DNA of 64,000 nucleotides from Eledone cirrhosa (taxonomy: Eukaryota), in the NCBI GenBank assembly GCA_964016885.1, contig OZ024745.1, positions 31,806,001 through 31,870,000 on the forward strand, written 5' to 3'. Positions 30,001-45,000 of the stretch are shown in pieces. The notes under the pieces are model-generated. The model searched no databases and was not told the origin of the DNA. It saw only the letters and a program-made list of their open reading frames with translations. The position numbers were made by a program, and so were the translations under genes. Numbering within the stretch: the first letter of the stretch is position 1; each line of letters opens with the position of its first letter.

Positions 30001-33000
30001 GGCCAGGATATCCACCGTCTCTAGTACCTACCGTTAGGCCACTGAGACAACCCAAGGCCAGGATATCCACCGTCTCTAGTACCTACCGTTAAGTCACTGA
30101 GACAACCCAAGGCCAGGATATCCACCGTCTCTAGTACCTACCGTTAAGCCACTGAGACAACCCAAGGCCAGGATCTCCACCGTCTCTAGTACCTACCGTT
30201 AAGCCACTGAGACAACCCAAGGCCACGATCTCCACCGTCTCTAGTACCTACCGTTAAGCCACTGAGACAACCCAAGGCTAGGATCTCCACCGTCTCTAGT
30301 ACCTACCGTTAAGTCACTGAGACAACCCAAGGCCAGGATATCCACCGTCTCTAGTACCTACCGTTAAGCCACTGAGACAACCCAAGGCCACGATCTCCAC
30401 CGTCTCTAGTACCTACCGTTAAGCCACTGAGACAACCCAAGGCTAGGATCTCCACCGTCTCTAGTACCTACCGTTAAGTCACTGAGACAACCCAAGGCCA
30501 GGATATCCACCGTCTCTAGTACCTACCGTTAAGTCACTGAGACAACCCAAGGCCAGGATATCCACCGTCTCTAGTACCTACCGTTAAGCCACTGAGACAA
30601 CCCAAAGCCACGATCTCCACCGTCTCTAGTACCTACCGTTAAGCCACTGAGACAACCCAAGGCCACGATCTCCACCGTCTCTAGTACCTACCGTTAAGTC
30701 ACTGAGACAACCCAAGGCCACGATCTCCACCGTCTCTAGTACCTACCGTTAAGCCACTGAGACAACCCAAAGCCACGATCTCCACCGTCTCTAGTACCTA
30801 CCGTTAAGCCACTGAGACAACCCAAGGCCACGATCTCCACCGTCTCTAGTACCTACCGTTAAGTCACTGAGACAACCCAAGGCCACGATCTCCACCGTCT
30901 CTAGTACCTACCGTTAAGCCACTGAGACAACCCAAGGCCTCGATATCCACCGTCTCTAGTACCTACCGTTAAGTCACTGAGACAACCCAAGGCCACGATC
31001 TCCACCGTCTCTAGTACCTACCGTTAAGTCACTGAGACAACCCAAGGCCAGGATATCCACCGTCTCTAGTACCTACCGTTAAGCCACTGAGACAACCCAA
31101 GGCCAGGATATCCACCATCTCTAGTACCTACCGTTAAGCCACTGAGACAACCCAAGGCCACGATCTCCACCGTCTCTAGTACCTACCGTTAAGTCACTGA
31201 GACAACCCAAGGCCACGATCTCCACCGTCTCTAGTACCTACCGTTAAGTCACTGAGACAACCCAAGGCCAGGATCTCCACCGTCTCTAGTACCTACCGTT
31301 AAGCCACTGAGACAACCCAAGGCCACGATATCCACCGTCTCTAGTACGTACCGTTAAGTCACTGAGACAACCCAAGGCCAGGATATCCACCGTCTCTAGT
31401 ACCTACCGTTAAGCCACTGAGACAACCCAAGGCCAGGATATCCACCATCTCTAGTACCTACCGTTAAGCCACTGAGACAACCCAAGGCCACGATCTCCAC
31501 CGTCTCTAGTACCTACCGTTAAGTCACTGAGACAACCCAAGGCCAGGATCTCCACCGTCTCTAGTACCTACCGTTAAGCCACTGAGACAACCCAAGGCCA
31601 CGATATCCACCGTCTCTAGTACCTACCGTTAAGCCACTGAGACAACCCAAGGCCAGGATATCCACCGTCTCTAGTACCTACCGTTAAGTCACTGAGACAA
31701 CCCAAGGCCAGGATATCCACCGTCTCTAGTACCTACCGTTAAGTCACTGAGACAACCCAAGGCCACGATATCCACCGTCTCTAGTACCTACCGTTAAGTC
31801 ACTGAGACAACCCAAGGCCAGGATATCCACCGTCTCTAGTACCTACCGTTAAGTCACTGAGACAACCCAAGGCCACGATATCCACCGTCTCTAGTACCTA
31901 CCGTTAAGTCACTGAGACAACCCAAGGCCACGATATCCACCGTCTCTAGTACCTACCGTTAGGCCACTGAGACAACCCAAGGCCAGGATATCCACCGTCT
32001 CTAGTACCTACCGTTAAGTCACTGAGACAACCCAAGGCCAGGATATCCACCGTCTCTAGTACCTACCGTTAAGCCACTGAGACAACCCAAGGCCAGGATC
32101 TCCACCGTCTCTAGTACCTACCGTTAAGCCACTGAGACAACCCAAGGCCACGATCTCCACCGTCTCTAGTACCTACCGTTAAGCCACTGAGACAACCCAA
32201 GGCTAGGATCTCCACCGTCTCTAGTACCTACCGTTAAGTCACTGAGACAACCCAAGGCCAGGATATCCACCGTCTCTAGTACCTACCGTTAAGCCACTGA
32301 GACAACCCAAGGCCACTATCTCCACCGTCTCTAGTACCTACCGTTAAGCCACTGAGACAACCCAAGGCTAGGATCTCCACCGTCTCTAGTACCTACCGTT
32401 AAGTCACTGAGACAACCCAAGGCCAGGATATCCACCGTCTCTAGTACCTACCGTTAAGTCACTGAGACAACCCAAGGCCAGGATATCCACCGTCTCTAGT
32501 ACCTACCGTTAAGCCACTGAGACAACCCAAAGCCACGATCTCCACCGTCTCTAGTACCTACCGTTAAGCCACTGAGACAACCCAAGGCCACGATCTCCAC
32601 CGTCTCTAGTACCTACCGTTAAGTCACTGAGACAACCCAAGGCCACGATCTCCACCGTCTCTAGTACCTACCGTTAAGCCACTGAGACAACCCAAAGCCA
32701 CGATCTCCACCGTCTCTAGTACCTACCGTTAAGCCACTGAGACAACCCAAGGCCACGATCTCCACCGTCTCTAGTACCTACCGTTAAGTCACTGAGACAA
32801 CCCAAGGCCACGATCTCCACCGTCTCTAGTACCTACCGTTAAGCCACTGAGACAACCCAAGGCCTCGATATCCACCGTCTCTAGTACCTACCGTTAAGTC
32901 ACTGAGACAAACCAAGGCCACGATCTCCACCGTCTCTAGTACCTACCGTTAAGTCACTGAGACAACCCAAGGCCAGGATATCCACCGTCTCTAGTACCTA

Positions 33001-36000
33001 CCGTTAAGCCACTGAGACAACCCAAGGCCAGGATTTCCACCATCTCTAGTACCTACCGTTAAGCCACTGAGACAACCCAAGGCCACGATCTCCACCGTCT
33101 CTAGTACCTACCGTTAAGTCACTGAGACAACCCAAGGCCAGGATCTCCACCGTCTCTAGTACCTACCGTTAAGTCACTGAGACAACCCAAGGCCAGGATC
33201 TCCACCGTCTCTAGTACCTACCGTTAAGCCACTGAGACAACCCAAGGCCACGATATCCACCGTCTCTAGTACGTACCGTTAAGTCACTGAGACAACCCAA
33301 GGCCAGGATATCCACCGTCTCTAGTACCTACCGTTAAGCCACTGAGACAACCCAAGGCCAGGATATCCACCATCTCTAGTACCTACCGTTTAGCCACTGA
33401 GACAACCCAAGGCCACGATCTCCACCGTCTCTAGTACCTACCGTTAAGTCACTGAGACAACCCAAGGCCAGGATCTCCACCGTCTCTAGTACCTACCGTT
33501 AAGCCACTGAGACAACCCAAGGCCACGATATCCACCGTCTCTAGTACCTACCGTTAAGCCACTGAGACAACCCAAGGCCAGGATATCCACCGTCTCTAGT
33601 ACCTACCGTTAAGTCACTGAGACAACCCAAGGCCACGATATCCACCGTCTCTAGTACCTACCGTTAAGTCACTGAGACAACCCAAGGCCACGATATCCAC
33701 CGTCTCTAGTACCTACCGTTAAGCCACTGAGACAACCCAAGGCCAGGATCTCCACCGTCTCTAGTACCTACCGTTAAGTCACTGAGACAACCCAAGGCCA
33801 CGATATCCACCGTCTCTAGTACCTACCGTTAAGCCACTGAGACAACCCAAGGCCAGGATATCCACCGTCTCTAGTACCTACCGTTAAGTCACTGAGACAA
33901 CCCAAGGCCAGGATCTCCACCGTCTCTAGTACCTACCGTTAAGCCACTGAGACAACCCAAGGCCACGATATCCACCGTCTCTAGTACCTACCGTTAAGTC
34001 ACTGAGACAACCCAAGGCCACGATCTCCACCGTCTCTAGTACCTACCGTTAAGCCACTGAGACAACCCAAGGCCACGATATCCACCGTCTCTAGTACCTA
34101 CCGTTAGGCCACTGAGACAACCCAAGGCCACGATCTCCACCGTCTCTAGTACCTACCGTTAAGTCACTGAGACAACCCAAGGCCAGGATATCCACCGTCT
34201 CTAGTACCTACCGTTAAGTCACTGAGACAACCCAAGGCCACGATATCCACCATCTCTAGTACCTACCGTTAAGCCACTGAGACAACCCAAGGCCACGATA
34301 TCCACCGTCTCTAGTACCTACCGTTAGGCCACTGAGACAACCCAAAGCCACGATCTCCACCGTCTCTAGTACCTACCGTTAAGTCACTGAGACAACCCAA
34401 GGCCAGGATATCCACCGTCTCTAGTACCTACCGTTAAGTCACTGAGACAACCCAAGGCCACGATATCCACCGTCTCTAGTACCTACCGTTAAGCCACTGA
34501 GACAACCCAAGGCCACGATATCCACCGTCTCTAGTACCTACCGTTAAGTCACTGAGACAACCCAAGGCTAGGATATCCACCGTCTCTAGTACCTACCGTT
34601 AAGTCACTGAGACAACCCAAGGCCAGGATATCCACCGTCTCTAGTACCTACCGTTAAGCCACTGAGACAACCCAAGGCCACGATATCCACCGTCTCTAGT
34701 ACCTACCGTTAAGCCACTGAGACAACCCAAGGCCACGATATCCACCGTCTCTAGTACCTACCGTTAAGCCACTGAGACAACCCAAGGCCACGATATCCAC
34801 CGTCTCTAGTACCTACCGTTAAGCCACTGAGACAACCCAAGGCCACGATATCCACCGTCTCTAGTACCTACCGTTAAGCCACTGAGACAACCCAAGGCCA
34901 CGATATCCACCGTCTCTAGTACCTACCGTTAAGCCACTGAGACAACCCAAGGCCACGATATCCACCGTCTCTAGTACCTACCGTTAAGTCACTGAGACAA
35001 CACAAGGCCACGATATCCACCGTCTCTAGTACCTACCGTTAAGCCACTGAGACAACCCAAGGCCACGATATCCACCGTCTCTAGTACCTACCGTTAAGCC
35101 ACTGAGACAACCCAAGGCCACGATATCCACCGTCTCTAGTACCTACCGTTAAGTCACTGAGACAACCCAAGGCCACGATATCCACCGTCTCTAGTACCTA
35201 CCGTTAAGCTACTGAGACAACCCAAGGCCAGGATCTCCACCGTCTCTAGTACCTACCGTTAAGCTACTGAGACAACCCAAGGCCAGGATCTCCACCGTCT
35301 CTAGTACCTACCGTTAAGCTACTGAGACAACCCAAGGCCAGGATCTCCACCGTCTCTAGTACCTACCGTTAAGTCACTGAGACAACCCAAGGCCACGATA
35401 TCCACCGTCTCTAGTACCTACCGTTAACTCACTGAGACAACCCAAGGCCAGGATCTCCACCGTCTCTAGTACCTACCGTTAAGTCACTGAGACAACCCAA
35501 GGCCACGATATCCACCGTCTCTAGTACCTACCGTTAAGCCACTGAGACAACCCAAGGCCAGGATATCCACCATCTCTAGTACCTACCATTAAGCTACTGA
35601 GACAACCCAAGGCCAGGATCTCCACCGTCTCTAGTACCTACCGTTAAGTCACTGAGACAACCCAAGGCCAGGATCTCCACCGTCTCTAGTACCTACCGTT
35701 AAGTCACTGAGACAACCCAAGGCCACGATATCCACCGTCTCTAGTACCTACCGTTAGGCCACTGAGACAACCCAAGGCTAGGATCTCCACCGTCTCTAGT
35801 ACCTACCGTTAAGCCACTGAGACAACCCAAGGCTAGGATCTCCACCGTCTCTAGTACCTACCGTTAAGTCACTGAGACAACCCAAGGCCAGGATATCCAC
35901 CGTCTCTAGTACCTACCGTTAGGCCACTGAGACAACCCAAGGCCACGATCTCCACCGTCTCTAGTACCTACCGTTAAGCCACTGAGACAACCCAAGGCCA

Positions 36001-39000
36001 GGATATCCACCGTCTCTAGTACCTACCGTTAGGCCACTGAGACAACCCAAGGCCACGATATCCACCGTCTCTAGTACCTACCGTTAAGCCACTGAGACAA
36101 CCCAAGGCCACGATATCCACCGTCTCTAGTACCTACCGTTAAGTCACTGAGACAACCCAAGGCCACGATATCCACCGTCTCTAGTACCTACCGTTAAGTC
36201 ACTGAGACAACCCAAGGCCACGATATCCACCGTCTCTAGTACCTACCGTTAAGTCACTGAGACAACCCAAGGCCAGGATATCCACCGTCTCTAGTACCTA
36301 CCGTTAAGCCACTGAGACAACCCAAGGCCACGATATCCACCGTCTCTAGTACCTACCGTTAAGTCACTGAGACAACCCAAGGCCACGATATCCACCGTCT
36401 CTAGCACCTACCGTTAGGCCACTGAGACAACCCAAGGCCACGATATCCACCGTCTCTAGTACCTACCGTTAAGCCACTGAGACAACCCAAGGCCACGATA
36501 TCCACAGTCTCTAGTACCTACCGTTAAGTCACTGAGACAACCCAAGGCCACGATATCCACCGTCTCTAGTACCTACCGTTAAGCCACTGAGACAACCCAA
36601 GGCCAGGATCTCCACCGTCTCTAGTACCTACCGTTAAGTCACTGAGACAACCCAAGGCCAGGATCTCCACCGTCTCTAGTACCTACCGTTAAGCCACTGA
36701 GACAACCCAAGGCTAGGATCTCCACCGTCTCTAGTACCTACCGTTAGGCCACTGAGACAACCCAAGGCCAGGATCTCCACCGTCTCTAGTACCTACCGTT
36801 AGGCCACTGAGACAACCCAAGGCCAGGATCTCCACCGTCTCTAGTACCTACCGTTAAGTCACTGAGACAACCCAAGGCCAGGATCTCCACCGTCTCTAGT
36901 ACCTACCGTTAAGTCACTGAGACAACCCAAGGCCACGATCTCCACCGTCTCTAGTACCTACCGTTAGGCCACTGAGACAACCCAAGGCCAGGATCTCCAC
37001 CGTCTCTAGTACCTACCGTTAAGTCACTGAGACAACCCAAGGCCAGGATCTCCACCGTCTCTAGTACCTACCGTTAAGTCACTGAGACAACCCAAGGCCA
37101 CGATATCCACCGTCTCTAGTACCTACCGTTAAGTCACTGAGACAACCCAAGGCCACGATCTCCACCGTCTCTAGTACCTACCGTTAAGTCACTGAGACAA
37201 CCCAAGGCCACGATCTCCACCGTCTCTAGTACCTACCGTTAAGTCACTGAGATAACCCAAGGCCACGATCTCCACCGTCTCTAGTACCTACCGTTAAGTC
37301 ACTGAGACAACCCAAGGCCAGGATCTCCACCGTCTCTAGTACCTACCGTTAAGTCACTGAGACAACCCAAGGCCAGGATCTCCACCGTCTCTAGTACCTC
37401 CCGTTAGGCCACTGAGACAACCCAAGGCCACGATCTCCACCGTCTCTAGTACCTACCGATAAGCCACTGAGACAACCCAAGGCCACGATCTCCACCGTCT
37501 CTAGTACCTACCGTTAAGTCACTGAGACAACCCAAGGCCACGATATCCACCGTTTCTAGTACCTGCCGTTAAGCCACTGAGACAACCCAAGGCCACGATA
37601 TCCACCGTCTCTAGTACCTACCGTTAAGCCACTGAGACAACCCAAGGCCAGGATCTCCACCGTCTCTAGTACCTACCGTTAAGCCACTGAGACAACCCAA
37701 GGCCACGATCTCCACCGTCTCTAGTACCTACCGTTAAGCCACTGAGACAACCCAAGGCCAGGATCTCCACCGTCTCTAGTACCTACCGTTAAGCCACTGA
37801 GACAACCCAAGGCCACGATCTCCACCGTCTCTAGTACCTACCGTTAAGTCACTGAGACAACCCAAGGCCACGATCTCCACCGTCTCTAGTACCTACCGTT
37901 AAGTCACTGAGACAACCCAAGGCCAGGATCTCCACCGTCTCTAGTACCTACCGTTAAGTCACTGAGACAACCCAAGGCCAGGATCTCCACCGTCTCTAGT
38001 ACCTACCGTTAGGCCACTGAGACAACCCAAGGCCACGATCTCCACCGTCTCTAGTACCTACCGTTAAGCCACTGAGACAACCCAAGGCCACGATCTCCAC
38101 CGTCTCTAGTACCTACCGTTAAGTCACTGAGACAACCCAAGGCCACGATATCCACCGTTTCTAGTACCTGCCGTTAAGCCACTGAGACAACCCAAGGCCA
38201 CGATATCCACCGTCTCTAGTACCTACCGTTAAGCCACTGAGACAACCCAAGGCCAGGAGCTCCACCGTCTCTAGTACCTACCGTTAAGCCACTGAGACAA
38301 CCCAAGGCCACGATATCCACCGTCTCTAGTACCTACCGTTAAGCCACTGAGACAACCCAAGGCCAGGATCTCCACCGTCTCTAGTACCTACCGTTAAGTC
38401 ACTGAGACAACCCAAGGCCAGTATATCCACCGTCTCTAGTACCTACCGTTAAGCCACTGAGACAACCCAAGGCCAGGATCTCCACCGTCTCTAGTACCTA
38501 CCGTTAAGTCACTGAGACAACCCAAGGCCAGTATATCCACCGTCTCTAGTACCTACCGTTAAGCCACTGAGACAACCCAAGGCCAGGATCTCCACCGTCT
38601 CTAGTACCTACCGTTAAGCCACTGAGACAACCCAAGGCCACGATATCCACCGTCTCTAATACCTACCGTTAAGCCACTGAGACAACCCAAGGCCAGGATA
38701 TCCACCGTCTCTAGTACCTACCGTTAAGTCACTGAGACAACCCAAGGCCAGGATATCCACCGTCTCTAGTACCTACCGTTAAGCCACTGAGACAACCCAA
38801 GGCCAGGATATCCACGGTCTCTAGTACCTACCGTTAAGCCACTGAGACGACCCAAGGCCAGGATATCCAACGTCTCTAGTACCTACCGTTAGGCCACTGA
38901 GACAACCCAAGGCCAGGATATCCACCGTCTCTAGTACCTACCGTTAAGTCACTGAGACAACCCAAGGCCAGGATATCCACCGTCTCTAGTACCTACCGTT

Positions 39001-42000
39001 AAGCCACTGAGACAACCCAAGGCTAGGATCTCCACCGTCTCTAGTACCTACCGTTAAGCCACTGAGACAACCCAAGGCCAGGATATCCACCATCTCTAGT
39101 ACCTACCGTTAAGCTACTGAGACAACCCAAGGCCAGGATCTCCACCGTCTCTAGTACCTACCGTTAAGTCACTGAGACAACCCAAGGCCACGATCTCCAC
39201 CGTCTCTAGTACCTACCGTTAAGTCACTGAGACAACCCAAGGCCACGATATCCACCGTCTCTAGTACCTACCGTTAAGTCACTGAGACAACCCAAGGCTA
39301 GGATCTCCACCGTCTCTAGTACCTACCGTTAAGTAACTGAGACAACCCAAGGCCACGATATCCACCGTCTCTAGTACCTACCGTTAGGCCACTGAGACAA
39401 CCCAAGGCTAGGATCTCCACCGTCTCTAGTACCTACCGTTAAGCCACTGAGACAACCCAAGGCTAGGATCTCCACCGTCTCTAGTACCTACCGTTAAGTC
39501 ACTGAGACAACCCAAGGCCAGGATATCCACCGTCTCTAGTACCTACCGTTAGGCCACTGAGACAACCCAAGGCCACGATCTCCACCGTCTCTAGTACCTA
39601 CCGTTAAGCCACTGAGACAACCCAAGGCCAGGATATCCACCGTCTCTAGTACCTACCGTTAGGCCACTGAGACAACCCAAGGCCACGATATCCACCGTCT
39701 CTAGTACCTACCGTTAAGCCACTGAGACAACCCAAGGCCACGATATCCACCGTCTCTAGTACCTACCGTTAAGTCACTGAGACAACCCAAGGCCACGATA
39801 TCCACCGTCTCTAGTACCTACCGTTAAGTCACTGAGACAACCCAAGGCCACGATATCCACAGTCTCTAGTACCTACCGTTAAGTCACTGAGACAACCCAA
39901 GGCCAGGATATCCACCGTCTCTAGTACCTACCGTTAAGTCACTGAGACAACCCAAGGACACGATATCCACCGTCTCTAGCACCTACCGTTAGGCCACTGA
40001 GACAACCCAAGGCCACGATATCCACCGTCTCTAGTACCTACCGTTAAGCCACTGAGACAACCCAAGGCCACGATATCCACCGTCTCTAGTACCTACCGTT
40101 AAGTCACTGAGACAACCCAAGGCCAGGATATCCACCGTCTCTAGTACCTACCGTTAAGTCACTGAGACAACCCAAGGACACGATATCCACCGTCTCTAGC
40201 ACCTACCGTTAGGCCACTGAGACAACCCAAGGCCACGATATCCACCGTCTCTAGTACCTACCGTTAAGTCACTGAGACAACCCAAGGACACGATATCCAC
40301 CGTCTCTAGCACCTACCGTTAGGCCACTGAGACAACCCAAGGCCACGATATCCACCGTCTCTAGTACCTACCGTTAAGCCACTGAGACAACCCAAGGCCA
40401 CGATATCCACAGTCTCTAGTACCTACCGTTAAGTCACTGAGACAACCCAAGGCCACGATATCCACCGTCTCTAGTACCTACCGTTAAGCCACTGAGACAA
40501 CCCAAGGCCAGGATCTCCACCGTCTCTAGTACCTACCGTTAAGTCACTGAGACAACCCAAGGCCAGGATCTCCACCGTCTCTAGTACCTACCGTTAAGCC
40601 ACTGAGACAACCCAAGGCTAGGATCTCCACCGTCTCTAGTACCTACCGTTAGGCCACTGAGACAACCCAAGGCCAGGATCTCCACCGTCTCTAGTACCTA
40701 CCGTTAGGCCACTGAGACAACCCAAGGCCAGGATCTCCACCGTCTCTAGTACCTACCGTTAAGTCACTGAGACAACCCAAGGCCAGGATCTCCACCGTCT
40801 CTAGTACCTACCGTTAAGTCACTGAGACAACCCAAGGCCACGATCTCCACCGTCTCTAGTACCTACCGTTAGGCCACTGAGACAACCCAAGGCCAGGATC
40901 TCCACCGTCTCTAGTACCTACCGTTAAGTCACTGAGACAACCCAAGGCCAGGATCTCCACCGTCTCTAGTACCTACCGTTAAGTCACTGAGACAACCCAA
41001 GGCCACGATATCCACCGTCTCTAGTACCTACCGTTAAGTCACTGAGACAACCCAAGGCCACGATCTCCACCGTCTGTAGTACCTACCGTTAAGTCACTGA
41101 GATAACCCAAGGCCACGATCTCCACCGTCTCTAGTACCTACCGTTAAGTCACTGAGATAACCCAAGGCCACGATATCCACCGTCTCTAGTACCTACCGTT
41201 AAGTCACTGAGACAACCCAAGGCCACGATATCCACCGTCTCTAGTACCTACCGTTAAGTCACTGAGATAACCCAAGGCCACGATATCCACCGTCTCTAGT
41301 ACCTACCGTTAAGTCACTGAGACAACCCAAGGCCACGATATCCACCGTCTCTAGTACCTACCGTTAAGTCACTGAGACAACCCAAGGCCACGATCTCCAC
41401 CGTCTCTAGTACCTACCGTTAAGTCACTGAGACAACCCAAGGCCACGATCTCCACCGTCTCTAGTACCTACCGTTAAGTCACTGAGATAACCCAAGGCCA
41501 CGATCTCCACCGTCTCTAGTACCTACCGTTAAGTCACTGAGACAACCCAAGGCCAGGATCTCCACCGTCTCTAGTACCTACCGTTAAGTCACTGAGACAA
41601 CCCAAGGCCAGGATCTCCACCGTCTCTAGTACCTCCCGTTAGGCCACTGAGACAACCCAAGGCCACGATCTCCACCGTCTCTAGTACCTACCGATAAGCC
41701 ACTGAGACAACCCAAGGCCACGATCTCCACCGTCTCTAGTACCTACCGTTAAGTCACTGAGACAACCCAAGGCCACGATATCCACCGTTTCTAGTACCTG
41801 CCGTTAAGCCACTGAGACAACCCAAGGCCACGATATCCACCGTCTCTAGTACCTACCGTTAAGCCACTGAGACAACCCAAGGCCAGGATCTCCACCGTCT
41901 CTAGTACCTACCGTTAAGCCACTGAGACAACCCAAGGCCACGATCTCCACCGTCTCTAGTACCTACCGTTAAGCCACTGAGACAACCCAAGGCCAGGATC

Positions 42001-45000
42001 TCCACCGTCTCTAGTACCTACCGTTAAGCCACTGAGACAACCCAAGGCCACGATCTCCACCGTCTCTAGTACCTACCGTTAAGTCACTGAGACAACCCAA
42101 GGCCACGATCTCCACCGTCTCTAGTACCTACCGTTAAGTCACTGAGACAACCCAAGGCCAGGATCTCCACCGTCTCTAGTACCTACCGTTAAGTCACTGA
42201 GACAACCCAAGGCCAGGATCTCCACCGTCTCTAGTACCTACCGTTAGGCCACTGAGACAACCCAAGGCCACGATCTCCACCGTCTCTAGTACCTACCGTT
42301 AAGCCACTGAGACAACCCAAGGCCACGATCTCCACCGTCTCTAGTACCTACCGTTAAGTCACTGAGACAACCCAAGGCCACGATATCCACCGTTTCTAGT
42401 ACCTGCCGTTAAGCCACTGAGACAACCCAAGGCCACGATATCCACCGTCTCTAGTACCTACCGTTAAGCCACTGAGACAACCCAAGGCCAGGAGCTCCAC
42501 CGTCTCTAGTACCTACCGTTAAGCCACTGAGACAACCCAAGGCCACGATATCCACCGTCTCTAGTACCTACCGTTAAGCCACTGAGACAACCCAAGGCCA
42601 GGATCTCCACCGTCTCTAGTACCTACCGTTAAGTCACTGAGACAACCCAAGGCCAGTATATCCACCGTCTCTAGTACCTACCGTTAAGCCACTGAGACAA
42701 CCCAAGGCCAGGATCTCCACCGTCTCTAGTACCTACCGTTAAGTCACTGAGACAACCCAAGGCCAGTATATCCACCGTCTCTAGTACCTACCGTTAAGCC
42801 ACTGAGACAACCCAAGGCCAGGATCTCCACCGTCTCTAGTACCTACCGTTAAGCCACTGAGACAACCCAAGGCCACGATATCCACCGTCTCTAATACCTA
42901 CCGTTAAGCCACTGAGACAACCCAAGGCCAGGATATCCACCGTCTCTAGTACCTACCGTTAAGTCACTGAGACAACCCAAGGCCAGGATATCCACCGTCT
43001 CTAGTACCTACCGTTAAGCCACTGAGACAACCCAAGGCCAGGATATCCACCGTCTCTAGTACCTACCCTTAAGCCACTGAGACGACCCAAGGCCAGGATA
43101 TCCAACGTCTCTAGTACCTACCGTTAGGCCACTGAGACAACCCAAGGCCAGGATATCCACCGTCTCTAGTACCTACCGTTAAGTCACTGAGACAACCCAA
43201 GGCCAGGATATCCACCGTCTCTAGTACCTACCGTTAAGCCACTGAGACAACCCAAGGCTAGGATCTCCACCGTCTCTAGTACCTACCGTTAAGTCACTGA
43301 GACAACCCAAGGCCAGGATATCCACCGTCTCTAGTACCTACCGTTAAGTCACTGAGACAACCCAAGGCCAGGATATCCACCGTCTCTAGTACCTACCGTT
43401 AGGCCACTGAGACAACCCAAGGCCAGGATATCCACCGTCTCTAGTACCTACCGTTAAGTCACTGAGACAACCCAAGGCCAGGATATCCACCGTCTCTAGT
43501 ACCTACCGTTAAGCCACTGAGACAACCCAAGGCCACGATCTCCACCGTCTCTAGTACCTACCGTTAAGCCACTGAGACAACCCAAGGCTAGGATCTCCAC
43601 CGTCTCTAGTACCTACCGTTAAGTCACTGAGACAACCCAAGGCCAGGATATCCACCGTCTCTAGTACCTACCGTTAAGCCACTGAGACAACCCAAGGCCA
43701 CGATCTCCACCGTCTCTAGTACCTACCGTTAAGCCACTGAGACAACCCAAGGCCACGATATCCACCGTCTCTAGTACCTACCGTTAAGCCACTGAGACAA
43801 CCCAAGGCCACGATCTCCACCGTCTCTAGTACCTACCGTTAAGCCACTGAGACAACCCAAGGCTAGGATCTCCACCGTCTCTAGTACCTACCGTTAAGTC
43901 ACTGAGACAACCCAAGGCCAGGATATCCACCGTCTCTAGTACCTACCGTTAAGTCACTGAGACAACCCAAGGCCAGGATATCCACCGTCTCTAGTACCTA
44001 CCGTTAAGTCACTGAGACAACCCAAGGCTAGGATCTCCACCGTCTCTAGTACCTACCGTTAAGTCACTGAGACAACCCAAGGCCAGGATCTCCACCGTCT
44101 CTAGTACCTACCGTTAAGTCACTGAGACAACCCAAGGCCAGGATATCCACCGTCTCTAGTACCTACCGTTAAGCCACTGAGACAACCCAAAGCCACGATC
44201 TCCACCGTCTCTAGTACCTACCGTTAAGCCACTGAGACAACCCAAGGCCACGATCTCCACCGTCTCTAGTACCTACCGTTAAGTCACTGAGACAACCCAA
44301 GGCCACGATCTCCACCGTCTCTAGTACCTACCGTTAAGCCACTGAGACAACCCAAAGCCACGATATCCACCGTCTCTAGTACCTACCGTTAAGTCACTGA
44401 GACAACCCAAGGCCACGATCTCCACCGTCTCTAGTACCTACCGTTAAGTCACTGAGACAACCCAAGGCCAGGATATCCACCGTCTCTAGTACCTACCGTT
44501 AAGTCACTGAGACAACCCAAGGCCACGATCTCCACCGTCTCTAGTACCTACCGTTAAGCCACTGAGACAACCCAAGGCCTCGATATCTACCGTCTCTAGT
44601 ACCTACCGTTAAGTCACTGAGACAACCCAAGGCCACGATCTCCACCGTCTCTAGTACCTACCGTTAAGTCACTGAGACAACCCAAGGCCAGGATATCCAC
44701 CGTCGCTAGTACCTACCGTTAAGCCACTGAGACAACCCAAGGCCAGGATATCCACCATCTCTAGTACCTACCGTTAAGCCACTGAGACAACCCAAGGCCA
44801 CGATCTCCACCGTCTCTAGTACCTACCGTTAAGTCACTGAGACAACCCAAGGCCAGGATCTCCACCGTCTCTAGTACCTACCGTTAAGTCACTGAGACAA
44901 CCCAAGGCCAGGATCTCCACCGTCTCTAGTACCTACCGTTAAGCCACTGAGACAACCCAAGGCCACGATATCCACCGTCTCTAGTACCTACCGTTAAGTC

